Shown here: in pieces, positions 58,108 to 64,000 of the stretch
Position numbering within the stretch: position 1 is the first letter of the stretch
How the letters are laid out: every line of letters begins with the position of its first letter
Virus record (IMG/VR): IMGVR_UViG_3300020183_000055
Span: 1 to 64,000 of that record
Reading direction: 5' to 3' (one strand)
DNA length: 64,000 nucleotides
Origin: an uncultured virus (IMG/VR IMGVR_UViG_3300020183_000055)
Lineage: Duplodnaviria > Heunggongvirae > Uroviricota > Caudoviricetes
Position numbers and translations under genes: made by a program
Notes under the pieces: model-generated
The model's database searches: none
Told to the model about the DNA's origin: nothing
What the model saw: the letters and a program-made list of their open reading frames with translations, nothing else

Positions 58108-60174
58108 TTAACTACCAATTCCGCCACCTCCTAAAACTGGGTTGCTGTTTCTTACCACCAGTTGTGTTTGTCTATATGGTATAAATCCAGATGTTGTTGC
58201 AGAAGAGACACAGCCAGTTTGAGGAATGAAATCTCCTTTCCAAACATTTAATCCAGTTTGTGAAAATTGGCCACCAGTTGCACCTAATCTTTGATAAGAA
58301 AGAATATTTGAAGAAGTTTGATAAGCTTGAAGACTTACTGCTCCTGTACCCCCTGAACAATTTTCATAAGAAAAATTAAGGTTACCGGGTCCTGGATTAT
58401 AAACATTCCAGCAAATACAAACTTGGTTGAATGCCTCCCAAAAAATTTGACTATCGTTGATAAAAGTCAGCCTTAATTTTCTACATCCTTTGACTCCTTC
58501 TGCTTTAGCCTGATCTCCCGAATCCCAAATTGGAACAGTAGATATTCCCCCAGCATATACAGTTTGTATTCCACCAAAACTGAAATCTTCGTTTAAAAGT
58601 AAAACCGTAAAAGTCCGGGTAGAAGAAGGTTCCCAAATTCCAGAAAAATCAGTCAAACGTAGATATACCCTTTTTCTTCTAGAATCCGCGATGGGAGTCC
58701 AAGTATTACGATTAGAACTATTATAAGCCACACTTGGTGATCCATCTATACAAATCGTATCGGGGGAAGAGGAATTCAAATCAAGTAACATGTAGTTGTT
58801 GTTTTGTAATTGATTACCAAGAGGATAAGTGTTAGAAAAAGTTGTGTTCCATGGTACATTACTTATAAAACCAACCTTATTTACCCATAAACCTTTACCT
58901 TGGAATCCGGATCCTGAGGTTCCTTGTCCTTTCATTACCCCGCCTGCCACATTGAATCCAACACCTCTTGATTCAAATATTTTCAATGGGATAGAAGCCA
59001 ACCCGCAAGAATTCAATTGTACGGGTGCAATACCTACAGCTCCTGAAATTCTATATGGTGTTGTTATAGAACAGACTACAACGTAAGTATTAGCACCAAC
59101 AAAAATGGTTTGTGGTGTATTATCACAATCAGTATATCCGTATATTGTGGAACCTATACCCGTATTATCAAGTAAGAACTCATAACAAGTGATAGTTTCT
59201 TCAGAGATAAGTGAAGCAATTTTAGTTCCAGAAGTAGCACCAGTTCCGTCAATCTGTACTTTGAATCCAGGTCCAGATGAATTATTACAAGAAAAGCCTG
59301 ACCCAGTTCCACCGATTGTCGTTTTATAAAAACCAGAAAATTTAGAACCGTCCCATTTCAAGTTGGGCGAATTAATTTGAAATAATGGTGAATTTATTTC
59401 AAGACTCCCATTTGTAATTTGAATGTTGTTTGCTGTACTTAGAGTTATTCGATTCGAACTAACAGATCCACCGGATGCTCCTGCTGTCAAACCTAATCCT
59501 TTTGAAGAAATTTGTAGATTCTGTGGGGATTCAAATTTCAAATTGTAGTTCGTTGGTGAATTGTCTTCCCAAGAAAATTGGGGCAAAGAATTGGATAGTG
59601 AAGATGTTTTTCCAAAAGACAACAAAGGTCTGGTTCCATCTGTTCCGATCAAAAATTTAGAACCAGTGGGATTGGCCCTCTGTTTCTGGAGTTGTAAGGA
59701 AATATTGCTAAAATTATAATCGGAGAAAACAAAAGTATTCCCCGATGGTCCTGTTGCAAATCCAATAGCTGTTTTATCTTCGATCCCACCAGGACCAGAA
59801 ACTCCTATAACATAATTCCAAACTGAATTTTGTAACAAATCAAATCCAGAATCCACCCAGAATGGGGAAGAATTTTGGAATTCGAAAATAGAAAAACCAG
59901 ATGTTGGCCCAGTATTAACCCAGTAATCTCCAGGCTTTGAATTCCCAGTAACTGGTGGTAAAAAGGAAAAATTCCATTTGGATGCGGACAATCCCAATTC
60001 TCCAATAGTTCCATCATTTCCAACTTGCCCTATTATTCCTGTGGGTCCTATGAGACCAACCGGACCATTTGAACCAACCCCCGAGAAAAAAACTTGTTCA
60101 AAGTTAAAATTTGTTTTGAAGATTATTTCTTGTGCATCATCTCCAGGTAAAATATACTTAGTGTTGAATGTCAT
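58108..60174 (-). CDS. Tail/baseplate fibre-like protein with a short collagen-like segment
   Basis: GSNGPVGLIGPTGIIGQVGNDG (Gxy); GDYWVN; N-terminus paralogous to 60196-61659. Confidence 0.7.
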   Translation of the reverse strand: MTFNTKYILPGDDAQEIIFKTNFNFEQVFFSGVGSNGPVGLIGPTGIIGQVGNDGTIGELGLSASKWNFSFLPPVTGNSKPGDYWVNTGPTSGFSIFEFQNSSPFWVDSGFDLLQNSVWNYVIGVSGPGGIEDKTAIGFATGPSGNTFVFSDYNFSNISLQLQKQRANPTGSKFLIGTDGTRPLLSFGKTSSLSNSLPQFSWEDNSPTNYNLKFESPQNLQISSKGLGLTAGASGGSVSSNRITLSTANNIQITNGSLEINSPLFQINSPNLKWDGSKFSGFYKTTIGGTGSGFSCNNSSGPGFKVQIDGTGATSGTKIASLISEETITCYEFLLDNTGIGSTIYGYTDCDNTPQTIFVGANTYVVVCSITTPYRISGAVGIAPVQLNSCGLASIPLKIFESRGVGFNVAGGVMKGQGTSGSGFQGKGLWVNKVGFISNVPWNTTFSNTYPLGNQLQNNNYMLLDLNSSSPDTICIDGSPSVAYNSSNRNTWTPIADSRRKRVYLRLTDFSGIWEPSSTRTFTVLLLNEDFSFGGIQTVYAGGISTVPIWDSGDQAKAEGVKGCRKLRLTFINDSQIFWEAFNQVCICWNVYNPGPGNLNFSYENCSGGTGAVSLQAYQTSSNILSYQRLGATGGQFSQTGLNVWKGDFIPQTGCVSSATTSGFIPYRQTQLVVRNSNPVLGGGGIGS

Positions 60175-60195
60175 GTTTATTGAAAAATAAATTCC

Positions 60196-61659
60196 TTAAG
60201 TGATTTCACCAGAGACTCCATTTGCGGTGTAATACATTTTAGTCACAGCTGATAATCTTATAATTGTAACCTGAAAATTTTTGATTGTGTTAGAAGATGT
60301 AAAATCCACCTTTGTTCCGGGGGTACTTCCATTTATTCGAACCAGATATTGAATCCCAGGAACACAAATGAATCTGAATTCTATTGATTCATTCTCTTCA
60401 AGAAAATCAACCCACGATCCCGTGTCTCCGGTTCCTCCTTGAAATTGAAATCCAAGATTAGCAGAGTAAGCCCCAGAAGGATTGAAATATATTGTATTTC
60501 CAGTTGGAATTGTCGAACTTGATATTTCCCAATAATTTTCAGGAAAAGAAAATCTATTTGAATTGTAAGTTATTTCTCTAACTGCATTTCCAAATTTAGA
60601 CAAAGTCACTTTACCATCGGATCTTGCTTTGAAAACAGACAAATTGTTTGCTCCAAATTCGGCGACAGTTTGTGAAGAGGTTGAATTTCCAACAGTTACA
60701 GAAATTCCATTCCCATTTGGATTTTGATTTGTTATAATTGCTGCAAAATCCGTAGATGTGTTAGATTCTATTGAAAATCTTCCTGTCAAATTTATAGTAG
60801 AGGCAGTCGAATCCACATTGAGATTTTGGGAATTTATATCTATGTTATTTGTAGAATTTATGGAAACAGAATTGGAAGAAATCAGTTGAGTAGATGCGGA
60901 TGAAGAAATCAACAAATCATCATTGGAACTAATGCTGACAACTCCAGAACTTTGTAAATTCAAAAATTTGGAAGATAAAGTTAGAGTATCCTGCGGAACT
61001 GTAAAAAGTAAATTGTAATCATTCGCTAATGCAGTCATCCATCTAAATTGGGGATGCCTTGTATAATCTGCAGGTAAACCTATATCATTTGCGTTTGTTT
61101 TAGCAAATTCTAAAAGAGGAGCATCATTGGTGGTTGAATTAGTAGCAATCAAAACTTTGGAATAGGTTGGATTTGCTGTTGGTGGGTCAAGAACTGCATC
61201 CGAAATTACCAAGGTTTGGAGTTCCGGGATCGGGGAATTTAGGAGAATTGCATTCTGAGCAGTAGACCCATTCGGACCAGAAACCCCGGTCAATGTGTAA
61301 AAAATTTCTTGATTTATCAACGTATCTCCAACCTGAAACCATCCAGAAGGTCCAAATTCATAAATAAGATTATCTCCGCTTGTTGAATCCAACCAATAAT
61401 CACCCACTAAAATTGGATCTCCAGTTCCTCCGGTTGGAGCATTTTCCTGAACAAACCATTTTGTTCCTCTAACCCCCTGTTGACCAGGATCTCCTTTTGG
61501 ACCGACTGGACCTACTGGCCCCTGCTTACCTTGGGCTCCCTGCAATCCCTGAGGCCCACCACCATTGGCAACTAAAGAATCAAAATTGGAATTTATTTTG
61601 TTTCTTATATTTTCCTGGGTATCCCCCTGATTTAAAGTCAAAATATTTAGAGAAGGCAT
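60196..61659 (-). CDS. Tail/baseplate fibre-like protein with a collagen-like segment
   Basis: KINSNFD...GPQGLQGAQGKQGPVGPVGPKGDPGQQG; GDYWLD; GAATATATA at 61678-61686. Confidence 0.75.
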   Translation of the reverse strand: MPSLNILTLNQGDTQENIRNKINSNFDSLVANGGGPQGLQGAQGKQGPVGPVGPKGDPGQQGVRGTKWFVQENAPTGGTGDPILVGDYWLDSTSGDNLIYEFGPSGWFQVGDTLINQEIFYTLTGVSGPNGSTAQNAILLNSPIPELQTLVISDAVLDPPTANPTYSKVLIATNSTTNDAPLLEFAKTNANDIGLPADYTRHPQFRWMTALANDYNLLFTVPQDTLTLSSKFLNLQSSGVVSISSNDDLLISSSASTQLISSNSVSINSTNNIDINSQNLNVDSTASTINLTGRFSIESNTSTDFAAIITNQNPNGNGISVTVGNSTSSQTVAEFGANNLSVFKARSDGKVTLSKFGNAVREITYNSNRFSFPENYWEISSSTIPTGNTIYFNPSGAYSANLGFQFQGGTGDTGSWVDFLEENESIEFRFICVPGIQYLVRINGSTPGTKVDFTSSNTIKNFQVTIIRLSAVTKMYYTANGVSGEIT

Positions 61660-61700
61660 GTTCTTGAGTTCTTTTTGTATATATTCTAAATTTCAGAATC

Positions 61701-64000
61701 TCAAATTTTTTGTATCCTAAATGAAAAAGTCATGGAATAATTTTGAGAGTTAGACAAATCGTATTCGAAGGAGTAAATCAAATCCGTTTGTTTAGTCAGT
61801 TGAAAATTTGTCTGGGCATAATAAGCGTACCTTACTCTATCTGGATTAATTAAATCCCCTCTAACCAGAATTTCGGTAGATGTCAAATTTTGTCCGGTTT
61901 TTTTTACAAAAAGATTGAAAGAAATTCCCTCATAAATGGGGGTAATGTTATTTTCGATGTAAGTGTCTATGTCATCATTTATGTTGTTAGGATTACCGAC
62001 TCCAAAATCAGAAACCATATTATTTACAAAGACGGTGGAAATTCCAGAGTTAAGAAGATATCTCCTCAAGATTCTATCCAATCTGATTATTCCGCTTACT
62101 GTGTTAGTAACTGGATTTTTCTGCCAGAAAACTTCAACTTGTGGAAAAATGTTTTGGTTTAACACGGGTAAATCAACTGTACTTAAATAAGTTCCAAGCT
62201 GTCCAATACCCGTATTAGAAGTTTCGGGGTTTATATTTTGGATCAAAGGTACTGCCGTGTTAGCAGCCTCGTTGATATTAGGAACTATTGTAGTTCCGGT
62301 TTCTCTAGAAATTTCTAATGTAATAAATGTGTAAATTGTTATTGTATATGGGGTTTGCATCATTTTTGATCCCAAAAAAGATTTTAATTCCAACATTGAT
62401 CTGGTACCAGCCACAGGGTTTTGATTTCTTGCGTTAGAAAAAACATTATAATAACCAGGATCCCATGAGGATAAAAAAACAGAAAAATCTTTGTAAGAAA
62501 TTGGCGTCTGACCAACCAGCGGATATCTTGGTCCCTGGGGTAAATTTTGGGATGCTTCTAAAATATTTTGCCCCAAAGAAACCTTCGAAAATCCCAAATT
62601 TATTATTTTTCCAAAATTAGATTGTTCAGGAGCGAAAGTACAGTTTCTAAAACTCAGATCAACATAAGTATTTCTGGCTAATGTGTCGTTTTTATCCCCC
62701 TTGAATTTGAAAATCTTTTTGAAGAGAGGTTCATATGGCCCATTATATCTTAGAATATCGGATGCATATTGAGATCCTCCTTCTACGATTTCAAACCCGG
62801 TAGGTTTATTTCTACTCAAAGTTTGGGGACCGTCGTAGCTTTTTTCTGGATAAACCCCCTCAGATTTAAATATTGCTGTTGGCTGTACCAAAGAAATTTG
62901 AAACTCATTTTGAGTAACGATCTCTGAATTGGTGGCAGTATCCCAGGAGTAAGTCGTGTATTTGATGTAAGGGCTCTCCACGTTTACTCTTTCGAAAATT
63001 TGAGATAGGGAAATTCTCTTCATGATAAAATCGAAGTAATTTCCTCCCCCCTCTACCTGAAAAACTGGATATCCGGCATATGCCGATCTCGGGCCAACAG
63101 GTATTGTAACTGGGTTAGAAATCGAAAATGGAATTTGGAATACATAATCTGGAGAATCGATGGCCTGAAAATTAACCAGATTTTGTGATCTTCCAATCGG
63201 CCAAGGGTAAAGATAACTTTGGCTAGGAACAACAAAACTACCTGCTCCAGTTCCTCCTACACTTCCAGTAGATCCTATTGGATAAAAAAGATTAATTTCT
63301 TCTCTCAAATCGGTATCATAGTTTGGATTGGATATGATGTAAACATTATTGTTGTTGTTCAAAGTTGTTACTGAAGATAAAGATGTTATCGATAAATCTA
63401 AAGCCGAAGACAATTTGGTGTCCGATATTTTGTAAAGCAAGGAACCAGTAGGACCAGGATCTCCGGTCAATCCTATCCCCGAATTCTGCTTTTTATCCAC
63501 CAAACTGTACATTAAAAGATAATCCAAATAAGGATCACCAGTTCCCCCGGTATTTACCAGGGGCAAAGCTCTATAATCTTTCATTACCACGGTGGTTACA
63601 AAAAGAACGAATTTTTGTTGGGTGTTTTCTATGATTTCATATGTTACCGGGGATTGGATTGTGGTAGAGTCCTCCTGAATAACCCTTAAAATTGAGGAAA
63701 AATTATATCCTTCAAACCCCCTATAATTCAAAATGTATTTGTCCAAATCTGAGGCTGGGTTTGGGTTACTACTTCTTCTTTTCAAAGAAATTTTAACTCC
63801 TCTGAAAACTGAATCATAAAATCCAGTTGCAGGGTTGTAAAAGAAAGGGGTAAAAAATTCTTTTGTTGTGTTTTTAGGATCTACATATGGGGACGGATAA
63901 TCTGTAGGTTCAACAGTTAAAAAGGATGTTGTATACAAAGAAGCACTAGGGTTGGCATTTCTGACCTGGCCCAAATCAATTTTACCGGGTAGATAGTTTT
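61701..64000 (-). CDS. Large structural protein, 5'-truncated by the window edge
   Basis: The frame of the 757-aa ORF appears to stay open to the window end; tail-cluster context. Confidence 0.65.
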   Translation of the reverse strand, partial: NYLPGKIDLGQVRNANPSASLYTTSFLTVEPTDYPSPYVDPKNTTKEFFTPFFYNPATGFYDSVFRGVKISLKRRSSNPNPASDLDKYILNYRGFEGYNFSSILRVIQEDSTTIQSPVTYEIIENTQQKFVLFVTTVVMKDYRALPLVNTGGTGDPYLDYLLMYSLVDKKQNSGIGLTGDPGPTGSLLYKISDTKLSSALDLSITSLSSVTTLNNNNNVYIISNPNYDTDLREEINLFYPIGSTGSVGGTGAGSFVVPSQSYLYPWPIGRSQNLVNFQAIDSPDYVFQIPFSISNPVTIPVGPRSAYAGYPVFQVEGGGNYFDFIMKRISLSQIFERVNVESPYIKYTTYSWDTATNSEIVTQNEFQISLVQPTAIFKSEGVYPEKSYDGPQTLSRNKPTGFEIVEGGSQYASDILRYNGPYEPLFKKIFKFKGDKNDTLARNTYVDLSFRNCTFAPEQSNFGKIINLGFSKVSLGQNILEASQNLPQGPRYPLVGQTPISYKDFSVFLSSWDPGYYNVFSNARNQNPVAGTRSMLELKSFLGSKMMQTPYTITIYTFITLEISRETGTTIVPNINEAANTAVPLIQNINPETSNTGIGQLGTYLSTVDLPVLNQNIFPQVEVFWQKNPVTNTVSGIIRLDRILRRYLLNSGISTVFVNNMVSDFGVGNPNNINDDIDTYIENNITPIYEGISFNLFVKKTGQNLTSTEILVRGDLINPDRVRYAYYAQTNFQLTKQTDLIYSFEYDLSNSQNYSMTFSFRIQKI

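Noticed and set aside
1..64000. Stop-codon reassignment (code 15 or 4), as seen in some large phages
   Set aside because: Conserved genes are full length in code 11, and TAA, TAG and TGA all terminate genes at expected positions
1..64000. Numerous 60-190-aa ORFs antisense to or nested in long genes
   Set aside because: They show no motifs, overlap well-supported genes, and are expected by chance
1..64000. Cellular (bacterial chromosome) or eukaryotic-virus origin, suggested by Adk, Clp, thioesterase and eukaryote-like NrdA/B
   Set aside because: T4-type gp32/gp61/UvsW/UvsY, tail-type genes, bacterial terminators and tRNAs, and the absence of housekeeping operons indicate a large bacteriophage

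Overview
This window is 64 kb of an AT-rich, densely coded, mostly minus-strand large ('huge'/jumbo) T4-like dsDNA phage genome in standard code 11. The host is probably Bacteroidota (DUF4494-like and Hc1-like genes, A-rich starts without Shine-Dalgarno motifs). It carries: a glycan/small-molecule modification block with two tRNAs; a ClpC-like unfoldase; many putative head-internal proteins, including tandem paralogues and repeat proteins; nucleotide metabolism genes (Adk, NrdA/NrdB, dUTPase-like); a half family-B DNA polymerase; a T4-type replication/recombination core (UvsW, UvsY, primase, gp32-like SSB, RuvC-like nuclease); and a tail/baseplate region. The most striking feature is nrdA, broken into two genes by a naturally split Hint/intein domain. 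It sits in the allosteric specificity loop (YVDQ|GGGKRKG), and the C-extein starts with Gly-Gly-Gly instead of the Cys/Ser/Thr needed for canonical splicing. Other notable patterns are a recurring GATATATA late-promoter-like motif, a T4 capsid-targeting-like leader on many proteins including enzymes, a three-fold nucleotidyltransferase operon, and a perfect 16-bp inverted repeat enclosing one gene. All functional calls come from motif recognition by eye; no searches were run.
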